From positions 62,001 to 117,499 of the forward strand of contig JALAGF010004545.1 of NCBI GenBank assembly GCA_030167865.1: DNA of 55,499 nt, given 5' to 3'. This DNA comes from Craspedostauros australis (taxonomy: Eukaryota). Positions within the stretch are counted from its first letter, which is position 1, and every line of letters begins with the position of its first letter. Below the pieces are notes generated by a model, which saw only the letters and a program-made list of their open reading frames with translations, was not told the origin of the DNA and made no database searches. A program made the position numbers and the translations under genes. This document shows, piece after piece, positions 37,134 to 47,730 of the stretch.

Positions 37134-38093
37134 ATGACGACAATACCGCATCCCTATCTTGTTCAAGAGTTCCCTCCATGTGGCGCTCCACAACACGATA
37201 GCAACGATGCGAATATGGATGCCGATACCGACGCCGATATTGAGTCCAAGCCTGAGGGAAGGGAGGGTCGTAGGACTTTGCCGCCTGCACTTGATGACGA
37301 GCTCGAGACCAAGACCTTCGCAACGATGCCTCCATCCTCATCGACAACATCTTCTACCTCCACCTTCGTCTGCGTACTTCTGTTCGTGTGCCTTGGGATT
37401 GTCACCTTGATCCAAATCACATGGACGAGCAGCGAAGCACCGCTATCACCATTGGCCATCGAATCGCCGTCACGAGTGGATCAGCTCAGATCGCATCTGC
37501 GGCAGAGACACGATGGCAAGCCATCGCCCGCACTCGCCGAAGGATTGGATCCTCTCGACAACGGCACGATACGCCGGAACACGAACGTGCGTTCTGCCAT
37601 TCGAAGCCGGCAAGTACCAAGTGCAATTAGCGACCAACCTGACGAAGAGGACGACGGACCCACTATCACTACTACGAAGGACACCGATGACTCTCTACCA
37701 GGTCGACGATCACGCTTTCGACTCTCACCCGAGAATCAGACGCATCGTGCACAGAGACTGCACCAGTTGCGTCACGCGACGCATGGAATCAGTGAAAGAA
37801 ACCATGACGATGATCGAAGCAGAGATGCTGACGAAGAGGAACGCGAGAATGAGCCGTCCATGATCAGCCTCAACACGAGCAGCTATGACCGTCCCACAAA
37901 GACACCAAACGACATTCAGTCATCGACTCTGTTGGCCGAACGCGCAATCCAGCACGAAGGCGTGTCTGCCGTCTACGGAGCGACTGACGTAGATGCCTCA
38001 ACGACGCACACAGTCCGGTCAAGTCATCAACCCAATCTTCTTCTTCTCAACTCCGTCCGCAAACTCCGATCGGAGACAGTGAGCAGATCGTAG
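37134..38093 (+). CDS. Orphan type II single-pass membrane/secretory protein (319 aa)
   Basis: 319-codon ORF; TM FVCVLLFVCLGIVTLIQITW; luminal low-complexity region with SHLR and terminal RKLR; AT-rich 3' flank. Confidence 0.65.
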   Translation: MTTIPHPYLVQEFPPCGAPQHDSNDANMDADTDADIESKPEGREGRRTLPPALDDELETKTFATMPPSSSTTSSTSTFVCVLLFVCLGIVTLIQITWTSSEAPLSPLAIESPSRVDQLRSHLRQRHDGKPSPALAEGLDPLDNGTIRRNTNVRSAIRSRQVPSAISDQPDEEDDGPTITTTKDTDDSLPGRRSRFRLSPENQTHRAQRLHQLRHATHGISERNHDDDRSRDADEEERENEPSMISLNTSSYDRPTKTPNDIQSSTLLAERAIQHEGVSAVYGATDVDASTTHTVRSSHQPNLLLLNSVRKLRSETVSRS

Positions 38094-38383
38094 CGTTGCC
38101 TACGCACTGTGTTCGGAGATAACTCGTCGCACTCTGGTCTACACGTAGATTCCTACAATAGAATACTATAATATATAATATATAATACAGCATTGGTACA
38201 ATACAATACAGGTTTATTCCTCCCCACGTGGGGTCAAGTGAAAAGTTATTATTGGTAGGAGAGCCGCATCGCACGATTTCCATGACGATTGTTTCCATTT
38301 GGTGGCCTTGGAACAAACCCAAACAACGAAAATGACCATATTAATATTATATACACCTCAAATTTCCAAAACAGTGCAGCAGC

Positions 38384-38455
38384 GACGGTGTGGCTCAATG
38401 GTAGAGCATTGGTCTTCGGAACCAAAGGTTGTGGGTTCGAGCCCCATCATCGTTA
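38384..38455 (+). tRNA. tRNA-Arg(TCG)
   Basis: Cloverleaf: acceptor GACGGTG/CATCGTT+A, D arm GCTC/GAGC, anticodon arm TTGGT-CT TCG GA-ACCAA (TCG at 38416-38418), T arm GTGGG-TTCGAGC-CCCAT. A T5 Pol III terminator lies at 38467-38471 and TATA-like sequence about 35 bp upstream. Confidence 0.96.
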
Positions 38456-38726
38456 GTCGCCTGGTCTTTTTGGCCATTTTGCTTCCACGTGTGCACGTCG
38501 CACGTGATGCATCAATTTTTCGTGTTGTTGGTGCTCGTGCATGCAGAAAAGGCAACAGAAAACAATGCATTTTTGGCGCTCTTCTCTTTTGTCTTCACAA
38601 CAGCCAATGCTCATGCACAAACACAACTGCGACTTGAGGAGACAATAGCAGAGGAGAACAACATTGTCATCATCATCAACATTGTCATCACCAATACTTG
38701 GACGCCATAACATTACTTTGCACCAG

Positions 38727-39722
38727 ATGACATCTGCTGATAAGGAGTGCGAGGGAAAGCCGATGGAGGCATCGCAACTGCAAGGCTCGCAGGCCGGTGC
38801 TGCAAGTGAAGGCCCGTTGGATTTCAAAACGCCTTCAAACGCAGAATTGCTGGGCAACGAGAAGAACCTGCTCGATGCCGACGTCGAGCTGGAGGGCGTG
38901 CGCAAGATCCTGGAGATGCTCAAGGAGGACGAGATTGATCTGATCCCCGATCTGCGCATGCCGATCCGTCATCTGCGAGCCCAGAAGGGTAATGTGAGCA
39001 AGGCCGCCGACTCCATTCGCGATACGTTGAAGTGGCGCACGGAGTTCCAGATCCAGCGCCTCCTAAAATGCGTGAGGCCCAAGCAAGCGGCAACGACAGA
39101 AGCAGCGAAAGGGGAGGAGCAGGTCGAGGATGACGTGGAGTTCCGAACGATGATGGAGGCAGAGAGCGAGACAGGGAAGAACCAGGTTCGCAACTACACC
39201 AAGGAGGGACGCGCCGTCCTCTTCCTCGACAACTCGCGCAACAACACCAAGAATGATGTGCACAACATGCGGGCCCTGGCATGGAACATCGAGAAGGCCG
39301 TCGCCTGCACGCGCCGCAAGTCCAAGGAGATCACCGGCAAGGCCTTGGACAAATACTGCATCGTCATCGACTTCAGCGCCTTCAGCTTGCGCGCAGCACC
39401 ATCCCTGTCCGTCAGCAAGGAGACGCTGACGATCCTGCAGGAACGCTACCCGGAACGCATCTACCGCATCTTCCTCATCCACGTGCCGATGAGCTTCCGC
39501 ATCTTCTGGAACCTGGTCAAGCCATTCATCGATCCCGTCACGAAGGAGAAGGTCTGCTTCTGCACGCCTGGTTCCAATGACATGAAACGCTACCGTGATG
39601 AGTTCACGGAGGAAGGTTTCGCCCAGCTGGAGGCCTGCTGCGGCGGCAATGAATCAGCGAAGGACTTCAACGCGGAAGCCTACCTCGAGCTTCCATTCGA
39701 TGCTGCCTACGTGGAGATATAA
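38727..39722 (+). CDS. CRAL-TRIO (Sec14-like) lipid-binding protein
   Basis: RHLRAQKGNVSKAADSIRDTLKWR (CRAL-TRIO N), EGRAVLF, CIVIDFSAFSL, LQERYPERIYRIFLIHVP...FWNLVKPFIDPVTKEKV, LEACCGG. Confidence 0.93.
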   Translation: MTSADKECEGKPMEASQLQGSQAGAASEGPLDFKTPSNAELLGNEKNLLDADVELEGVRKILEMLKEDEIDLIPDLRMPIRHLRAQKGNVSKAADSIRDTLKWRTEFQIQRLLKCVRPKQAATTEAAKGEEQVEDDVEFRTMMEAESETGKNQVRNYTKEGRAVLFLDNSRNNTKNDVHNMRALAWNIEKAVACTRRKSKEITGKALDKYCIVIDFSAFSLRAAPSLSVSKETLTILQERYPERIYRIFLIHVPMSFRIFWNLVKPFIDPVTKEKVCFCTPGSNDMKRYRDEFTEEGFAQLEACCGGNESAKDFNAEAYLELPFDAAYVEI

Positions 39723-40187
39723 TTTTTTCTTGGAGGCCCGAGCTTTGGCTGCGACCACGATGACGCAGCGTTGGGGGCCATGGTGGTCAGCAGGACGTAA
39801 ACAGCAGGAAGCATCGTCCAACATATTATATTACACTAGTACACAGACACAATCAGCAGCAATGCAATCGCAGGGGATGGATGAATGGGTGATTTGGTGC
39901 ATGAGTCCATGAAGGATGGTGATTGTGGTATTGGAATGATGATGTTGGCGCCATGGAACAGCACACGAGAACAAAACATAACACGTTCTACTACACCACT
40001 CTACTCTTGCATGCATCGTCGTAGTACTCGCATCCTGAACGGGTCGCCTCCACGCTCATGGGATTATTCATCGACGGGGCAGGGGATCCGCAAATATAGC
40101 CTGATGGGAGCGCACTCGTAGCCGGGCACCGTGCTTGAGCATGAAATGCCGCCTTGTTCCATTCAGACAAAAAGCACCCGCCTTGTG

Positions 40188-41238
40188 CTACAGCAGTGCC
40201 GATGCGCCGACAATGGCACTCGGGATGACCAAAGATAGCAGCAGACATCCAATGTTGCCAAACCAAGGCCGTATCGTGCTTGATGATGAGTCATCGGCTC
40301 TGACACCATCTCTCGTTTGTTTCGAATCGTCCTCGGAACGCTTCGCAGCCTGATCTTCCTGTGAATCGTCTTCGTCGCTCTCACCGTCACCGTTGTCCAC
40401 GATATCGCCACTTTCCGCTGAGGCTCCACTTCCTCCATCACCAGTGGGCGGTTTGCTGCTGTCCCCGCTCTGGCTTGAATCCACGTCCTTGGTTGGAGGC
40501 GTGGTTGGAGATGCCACTGAAGGTGCGGGTTGCGACGAAGTTGGCATCTTGGACGGTGTCGAAGTCGGCATCGCAGTTGGTGTCATGGAGGGAGGAGCAC
40601 TCGGAGTGCCCAAGTTTGGATCTGGGTTCACGGTGACTTCGGCGCAGTTGAAGAATTGCTGATTGGGATACGAGATGGGAGAGATGATTGTTGCGGTGGT
40701 AGTGAAGGGAGCAATAGTGGGCATGCCAATGTTGCGTTTGCAAGTGCAATTTGGACATCATGGCATGGGCAGTGCGATGGCCAATGCATCAACATGTGAG
40801 CGAGAAGCATCATGTGCGAACACCGCAATACTACTACGAGTAGGAAGGCAATGGCAACTTCAATCAATATACCGCACCAATGGCGCAACAGCACCATCGC
40901 AACAACACTGCAGCAAGACCACAACCATTCGAACTCACCTCAGGTCCGCCGTTCATGACCTCTCCACTGATTTTGTACGGGAATGGACAGACTGGCAGCT
41001 GTGACTGCCAAAAGTTGGATGGCAGATGCGAATTGGTGGTGAAGTAATCTTCGTACCCCGGCGGGGAGCAGCTGTTGGCCGTGATATACCTCCATTGGAG
41101 CAGCACCGTGTCACCCACCAGATCCACAGGTAATTGAAATTCCATCTTGAAGATCCGTTCCTGATTCCAACCCGCACCGCCGTGGAAGTAGCCTCTGTCT
41201 GGATAGTTGGGATCTGCAATATGATTGATGAAGTTGGT

Positions 41239-41269
<31 letters not shown>

Positions 41270-41916
41270 AGACGCAGCATGACGTGGGGCAGGGCCAATT
41301 GAGTCAGGCTGATATCCAGTACAATTGCATACCACTCTGCGCCATGAAATCACGCCAGGCAGGAGGCAACACTGGAGATGCGCACGCGCATAGCAATGGG
41401 CATGATCGAGTATCTGCACGCACCTTCTGGCATACCATGCGTGACATCCCTCACAAACATCAACGAATGCTCGTCCATGCATTCCTGAGTGGAATCACCG
41501 CCCAAGGCACATCCCTTGATCTCAAGATGGCCGCCATGATGCACCCATATATCCGAGGTGACCGTGATGACGTCCCCTTGCGTGTATGTCGACTGCGACT
41601 CCCATGGCATACGATGTGGCGGGCTGCGCGCATCGTTCCACACATCGTAGTCCAGTCCACCCTCCGAAACGCCGCACACGCCGTTGTTTCTGTTGAGGCA
41701 GTGCGCGCAGTACTCGGCCGGTGGGATGCCGGCTGAATTCTCGCTCCTGTCCTCCGTTCCTTCGAGTTTGGCAACGTAATTGCGTGATCTTGGCGTCATG
41801 ATATAGCCATGGCCATCGACGCAGGGTATCGTCAACAGTGACAGCCACGATGGTGACATGAGAAGCAGTAGCAGTATTAGCTGCGCCGGCTGGCATGTAT
41901 TCGGATGAGAAAGCAT
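40188..41916 (-). CDS. Secreted His-brace LPMO-like / chitin-binding type-4 protein with a P/T/S stalk and GPI-like tail; exons 41916-41424, 41213-40939, 40658-40188
   Basis: Signal ends in CVDG|HGYIMTPRSRN (His1 codon 41811); HHGGHLE; LLQWRYITANSC; PE-QFFNCAEV. Introns 41214-41423 (GTGCGT..GCAG, phase 1) and 40659-40938 (GTGAGT..TCAG, phase 0) restore one frame. The C-terminus is hydrophobic. Confidence 0.88.
41243..41269. repeat. (AG)n microsatellite within LPMO intron 1
   Basis: About 13 AG units, forming the polypyrimidine tract on the minus strand. Confidence 0.85.
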
Positions 41917-43008
41917 TCTCAATGTTGCCTGACCGACTTGTCTGGTTGGTCGCAGTGTCCGTTCTTGATTGAAGGATTGAATTGTGGATGACACTAATAA
42001 TGGTATAATAGCTGTGGCGCTTGCTCGGAAGAGGTTTGGTGTCTTCTTGGTTGCTGCTGAGGTGCGAGCTACGTCAATGGTACAAAGTGATGAGATGTTG
42101 CAGTAGAACAGAATCGTGTTGTGTCCTTCGCAGTCCAGGTGCGCAAAGATCCTTGCTTGCCGCTGGTGCGCTTGTTGCTCTTGTCATGTGCGATCCCCAT
42201 CTGCCCACGATGCTTCCCATCCATCGCCTCAGTCGTACACAACCAACTCCGAGAGAGTGTGCGATCATTCTTCTCTGTCGGCATGTAATTCGTGGGGACA
42301 ATAGTCGTAGATCGTACTCCCACCATCTTTCCGTTTCTCTCCCTCAAATTCCCACATGCGCCACTTCCACGACCTTTGCATTTGTGTCTGCGCATCGCGG
42401 CGCGCTCACGATGCGCCCTGAGGAAATCACCGTCGCCAGCCAAAGAATGAGTCGCTTCGGCCTTATTTGTGGAGACGGGAAACGACGTCCCAGAGACGTC
42501 CATCGCCATGAATGTATCGGAAGATCTATCACAGTGACAAACCAGAAACGGCCCTTCTCATTTTTTGGTGAGCGACGAAGCATGAACCACCAACCATCAC
42601 CAACTTCAGCATCCCACACATTTGTATCGCAGAACTTCACGAGTATGCTACATACCATTCTAAGAATATAATACGAGATGCTATCAATCTAGAATATTGT
42701 ACTATAATATAATAAGATATAATACCATAGAGAAGTCTACATATCTAAAATATATGTCCATCCACACCCGTGGGTGCGCTCTCGGCCCTATCGAGATCTC
42801 AATGTGTGTATGGTATTGCAATGATTGCGACTGCAAATGCAACGCAAATGCAACCGTCGTCGTCCCCAAGCACTTCAAAAATCCAGGATTGCAATTGTCA
42901 GAATCCTGCCATCTTACCATACCATACGTACTCTGCCATCGAGAACCTGGCCATGCAGGAATTCGAGCTTCGACTTGCAGCCATGACTCGCCACCCGTTG
43001 AGTGAGCA

Positions 43009-46000
43009 TCACGTTCGTCGCACCAAAGCGTACTGCTCCCTGAGCTGCGACGTCTTCCCATCAGCACCCCATTCCGAAAACAATTTGATTGCCTGTTCGA
43101 GGTGGTACTTCGCAGCATCCTCATCATCCTCGATCAGCAGATGTATTGCGAGGCGCTCATTCGCCATGGCTTGGTTCTGGATCATCCCTGCTCGCCCCCA
43201 GGCGCGGATCACAGCCTGGTACTGCTTCACGGCATCGTTGAAAACATCAGGCTTGTCTTTGCCGTGTGCCTTCAGCGCGGAGCGCTCCGCTTCCAGCATG
43301 GCCAGGTAATCCACGGCATTTGGATTGCCCTTCTTCACCACGTTCTGGAGGATCTTGCGTGCTTTCCGCGACAACTTCTTGTATTTGATACGCTTCAATC
43401 GGGAAAGTCCATTCGTCTGCTTGGCGACGATCATGGAGGCGAAGGAAGCGAAGAACATGAACGGCATCATTGCGATGTATCCGGTCGAATTCTTCACATC
43501 GTCGTCGAACGAGTAATGCGCATGCTTCGCCGCTTTCTCGTAGTCGTTGAAGTATACCGAGACGAACACTTTCGCTCGCAGAACGTTGCGTTCGAAGAAT
43601 GTGTCATGCGTCGTTTCGATGTGACCTGCCGCAGCAACTTCATCGAATGCATCGCCGACGAGTAGCGTCCGATGCTGTGATCTCCCTTGGAGATTGAGGA
43701 TCATCTGCCATCGCAAGGCAAGGTTCTCAACGAGCTTCGTTTGGTTGAAATCGATGCTCACGCGCGTGTACTTCGCGTAGTCTGCTTCAACAGTGTTCAG
43801 CGACTTCGCCGTGAACCAGCAGAGCTCGAGGTAGAACAGGATGCACCACAGGCCGGTTTGCACGTCACCTGTTGCCATGCTCAATGAGTATGCCTCCAGG
43901 AGGGGCTGCTTGCAATCCTCTAACTGCCTCACGCTGTTAAGGACAAAGCCATTCGTGGACAGGGTGGCTCGGGCTACGGCAGATTTGTCCTCAATGTTCA
44001 TCGTCCTGGTCAAGTTCAGTGCGTAGCTTCCGTACATCTTCGCTGCCTCCATGTCACCCAGGATGGGGCCCAGCATCAGCGACATGTTCGCGATGGCGTT
44101 CGGTGCAAAATCGGTCTTGCCTTTCGTCATTGTCCGGTTGATGATGTCCGTCAGGATCAGTGGCTGGAGCCCTTGATCGCAGACGAATGCCATCGACGCA
44201 AACTTCCCCAATGTCTTCATGGTGATGGCATCTATCGGGTCCTGCGCAGGCTGCAAGGATTCCAGGTACCCAATCGTCCATTTCTTTGCAGATTTCTTGA
44301 GCTGGATCACGCGCATGATGACATGCATCAAGCGAATCTTGCTGTTCCTGGGGTATCGGTATCCGAGCTGCGCCATCACTTCCTCGCCAACCTTCATGGT
44401 GTCAGTGGCTTTGCTGCCAGTGGCCGTGGCCAGAGCTCCGTCCATCAGCACGTGGTAGACCCTGATCTTCTCAGTTATCGGCCGGTCCTTCAACGAGACG
44501 ACTTGCTTGCCGTACTCATTCATCTCTTGAAACTTGTTGCTCACGAAGGCGCATTCGGTAGCGCACGTGAACAGCTCGAGGCTCATTTCGTAGTGCGAGT
44601 CCCAGTGACCCTCCGGCATCAAGTTGATCGCCGTACGAAGATACTGGAATGCGGCGACAAACGCTGCATGCGACGCAGCTTTGATCCCCGCCTCGAAGTT
44701 CAAGATTGCCATTCGGAAGCGTTTGCACATCGGTGCGATATCCTGGTTTACGGGAGGGTCCGTTTGGGATGTCGGCGACGAAGTCGGGGGCGAAGTCGAT
44801 GGCGACGATGGATATGGTGGGATCAAATCCATGCGACGGTTCATCAAATTTGCCACAGTGTACAGCGACCGATCGAGGTCGTCTGGCGACAGCTGCTGCA
44901 TCAGGGTTTCACCTATGTAGAACTGAAGCTGCGATAGCTGTGACTTGGATGGGACCATGTCAAGGGCAGCCTCTTGCACTTTGTCATGAATGAAAGAGTA
45001 TTCAGACGACACGAGGGTTGGTCTGGACATTCTCTCCTCGCTCCCGTTGTTCCTGGTCGCACCAACGGCCGCGGCAACAGCCTGCTCTGCTTCTGTGCCT
45101 GCGCTTGCATCGGTAGCATCGCCATTACTGGCCTTGATGGCGCTTGCAATGTTCACCGCATTGACTTTCGCGGCTACGATCATGGGAGGATTTGATTGAT
45201 CGTCCGATGCGACATGTTTTGGGCTATCTGAGTATTCATGGCACTCGATGAGACCTTCTTGCTGATACACCTCCAGGATACCAAGCCACTCATCTTCGCT
45301 CTGTGGTGGTGGCCCGCCAAACAGCATTTCGTACAATTCACGGTGGCCTGCCATTTGACCTTCCACGAACCCTCTCATCGTCGCCCGCAGCAGCGACCAC
45401 GAAAAAGTCGATCCCAAGCATGCTGCAATGGGCAGGATGTACTGTGCTGTCTCGATCTGTTGCAGCTTCATCTTCATCAACTCCACCACGTTCATGGTTG
45501 CTGGAGTATCGCGTCTGATCCGATCATTGTCCCACACCCACCTCATCGCACCGATGTTGTAGGAGAGGAGGTTGTCATGTGCGAGCATGGTCATGAACTG
45601 TTGCACAAAGAAGACGTTCCCGTCCGTCTTCTTGTGCACGATCTCGGCGAGCTCGGAGCTGCTGGAGTTGGGTTTGGCCATGTATTGATGACGGCTGGAG
45701 TTGGCTTTGGCCATGTATTGATGACGGCTGTGGCTGCTGTCTGCGTTCAGGCTATCATGGAGATTTAGCAGCTGCTTCAACATTGCGTGGACGTTATCCA
45801 ACGACAGATTGTTGACTTCGAGGTCCGAGTACCGGATGAACCGTTCCTGCCTGTTCTCTCGGATGCAGTCGAGCATTTGGCTGACATGGTTGCTGCTGCT
45901 CGAATTTGAAAGCACGCCTGAAACGTTGGCGTCGTCGCGATTGACGAGGTTGGAGCGGTAACAGACGATGATCATGAGCGAGGAGATGGTCGTATCGAGC

Positions 46001-47730
46001 ATCCATGATTCGATCATGTCCAATGATGCCTTGTCCGCCCATTGGACGTCATCTGACATCCAGACCAACGGGCAGTAGTTGCAGATGATCTTGATGAAGC
46101 GACGGAAGGCAAACTTGAGCGCGATCGATTGCTCCTTGAACCCTTGCATGGATTGCGCACGCGCACCGACGGATACCACTGTGCTTTCATCGTCTCGTCT
46201 GGATGACGCAGCGACTTCGGGCAACAGTGCGTCGTCACCAATGACGTCCCTGAGGTTGGGAATGAGCTTCATGAGGATCAGCAGTTCATCGGTGTTCAGG
46301 TCTCGCAAGATGCACTGTCTGAGCTCATCGTAGCACCGAGTGTCGCCTGTCTCGTTCGATGGTGAGTTCTGCGTCTTCTCGTTTGGGAGGCGGCAAATTT
46401 GAGAGCACAGATCGATCATGGCGGTCCTGAACCCTGAGTAGGGTTCGTCCATTTGCTTCAGATCGAACTTGCCCGTGATGTAGAACACGTTGTGCGCTTT
46501 GCACTTGGGCTTCAACGTTGCCGCCAAAGCGGACTTGCCAGTTCCAGAGTATCCAGAAATGGCCACAAATGACCGAACCGTCTCGCTGTGAGCGGCAATC
46601 TGGATTTGACTTTCGACACTCATTTCATCGTCGATGATGGGCGCTGTTGACTTTGTTTCATCTTCATCTTTGTGCTTCTGCTGCTGATGCTGCTGATGGT
46701 GGTGACGGGGTTGCTGTTTGATCGAAGCCCTCTTGTGTTTCTGTACCATCGCAGAACGGGACGACGGGCGTTGAGTGATCGCTGTTGATTGGACGTTCGG
46801 CGGCACCCTACCGAGGATCTGTTTGAACGCATGGTCCAGAACCCGCTTCTCCCTCTCTCTGCCAACCAGACCGACCGTGGAGAAGTCCAGCATTTGCATT
46901 GTCAATGCCGATAACTTTCCAGCGATGCTCATCCTGTACGTCTCGGTTGCCAATTCCGGTTCCTGTTCGATCGTGGGATCCGCCGTCGATGTCGCCGCGG
47001 GTAGCATGCCGCTGTCGCTATGCTCCTCCTCCGTATCATCTGTGGCATCTCTATTTCGTCGTCTGTTCGCAAGGCTTGCAATGCTCAAGAATAACGATGA
47101 TGAGCCAGTCTCGCTATCGTCGGCGCCAACCGTACGGTCGGTGCGGAAATCACCGCTTCCGTGACTCCCCATGACTTTGGAAAGCTTGATGGCATCTGCG
47201 TTTGGGTTTGGACTTGAGGTTGCACCTCCATCAGCGCCTGGGCTTGGGCTTGGGCTTGGGCTTGGACTTGCGGTGCCTTGCTTCCACTTGACCGAAGATG
47301 AACCGTTGGCCAAGACAGCGTCCAGGTCTGCAGAACCTCTTGATCCTCGCACGTGCGCTCCACCCGATACCGTGGGGGTACTGTGCTCAACGATGGTTCC
47401 GGTGTGATCCACAACGCCGATCATGATCGCTGTTTGATGCTGTAGAGTCGTTGCTCGTCGTTCCCGTTGATGCCGTGAAATTTTCAGCGTGTGTGGTGTT
47501 GTGGAGGTTGCTCCAATTATGTCTCGTGGAATGGAATGCTGCTGTTTGATGGATGGTCCGCCTCCATCCGACAATCGGGCAGCCCTGATTTTCGTTGTTG
47601 TTTTGATGTTTGGGTCGATGTCCCGTGGGGCCTCGTTCGTTGATGGACGTGGGAATGCACAGTTCCTCTCCTTCAAGGTCTGATCGGGTGGTGGTATCGC
47701 TGATTGTGTCTGTTGCGTCGGATTCTCCAT
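43009..47730 (-). CDS. STAND-class P-loop ATPase (AAA_16/COG3899-like) with a C-terminal TPR-like helical region; start may be the ATG at 47424
   Basis: LVGRERE, Walker A GYSGTGKS (46554-46531), GKFD...EPYS, Walker B WMSDDVQWAD, KTDGNVFFVQQF, AACLGSTF, YSFIHDKVQEAA, NFEAG..A, C-terminal A.ANER...F.EWGA..K. Confidence 0.9.
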   Translation of the reverse strand: MENPTQQTQSAIPPPDQTLKERNCAFPRPSTNEAPRDIDPNIKTTTKIRAARLSDGGGPSIKQQHSIPRDIIGATSTTPHTLKISRHQRERRATTLQHQTAIMIGVVDHTGTIVEHSTPTVSGGAHVRGSRGSADLDAVLANGSSSVKWKQGTASPSPSPSPSPGADGGATSSPNPNADAIKLSKVMGSHGSGDFRTDRTVGADDSETGSSSLFLSIASLANRRRNRDATDDTEEEHSDSGMLPAATSTADPTIEQEPELATETYRMSIAGKLSALTMQMLDFSTVGLVGREREKRVLDHAFKQILGRVPPNVQSTAITQRPSSRSAMVQKHKRASIKQQPRHHHQQHQQQKHKDEDETKSTAPIIDDEMSVESQIQIAAHSETVRSFVAISGYSGTGKSALAATLKPKCKAHNVFYITGKFDLKQMDEPYSGFRTAMIDLCSQICRLPNEKTQNSPSNETGDTRCYDELRQCILRDLNTDELLILMKLIPNLRDVIGDDALLPEVAASSRRDDESTVVSVGARAQSMQGFKEQSIALKFAFRRFIKIICNYCPLVWMSDDVQWADKASLDMIESWMLDTTISSLMIIVCYRSNLVNRDDANVSGVLSNSSSSNHVSQMLDCIRENRQERFIRYSDLEVNNLSLDNVHAMLKQLLNLHDSLNADSSHSRHQYMAKANSSRHQYMAKPNSSSSELAEIVHKKTDGNVFFVQQFMTMLAHDNLLSYNIGAMRWVWDNDRIRRDTPATMNVVELMKMKLQQIETAQYILPIAACLGSTFSWSLLRATMRGFVEGQMAGHRELYEMLFGGPPPQSEDEWLGILEVYQQEGLIECHEYSDSPKHVASDDQSNPPMIVAAKVNAVNIASAIKASNGDATDASAGTEAEQAVAAAVGATRNNGSEERMSRPTLVSSEYSFIHDKVQEAALDMVPSKSQLSQLQFYIGETLMQQLSPDDLDRSLYTVANLMNRRMDLIPPYPSSPSTSPPTSSPTSQTDPPVNQDIAPMCKRFRMAILNFEAGIKAASHAAFVAAFQYLRTAINLMPEGHWDSHYEMSLELFTCATECAFVSNKFQEMNEYGKQVVSLKDRPITEKIRVYHVLMDGALATATGSKATDTMKVGEEVMAQLGYRYPRNSKIRLMHVIMRVIQLKKSAKKWTIGYLESLQPAQDPIDAITMKTLGKFASMAFVCDQGLQPLILTDIINRTMTKGKTDFAPNAIANMSLMLGPILGDMEAAKMYGSYALNLTRTMNIEDKSAVARATLSTNGFVLNSVRQLEDCKQPLLEAYSLSMATGDVQTGLWCILFYLELCWFTAKSLNTVEADYAKYTRVSIDFNQTKLVENLALRWQMILNLQGRSQHRTLLVGDAFDEVAAAGHIETTHDTFFERNVLRAKVFVSVYFNDYEKAAKHAHYSFDDDVKNSTGYIAMMPFMFFASFASMIVAKQTNGLSRLKRIKYKKLSRKARKILQNVVKKGNPNAVDYLAMLEAERSALKAHGKDKPDVFNDAVKQYQAVIRAWGRAGMIQNQAMANERLAIHLLIEDDEDAAKYHLEQAIKLFSEWGADGKTSQLREQYALVRRT
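45661..45730. repeat. In-frame 33-bp tandem duplication in the STAND ATPase gene
   Basis: GCTGGAGTTGG(G/C)TTTGGCCATGTATTGATGACG x2 with one mismatch; encodes SRHQYMAK(A/P)NS twice. Confidence 0.9.
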
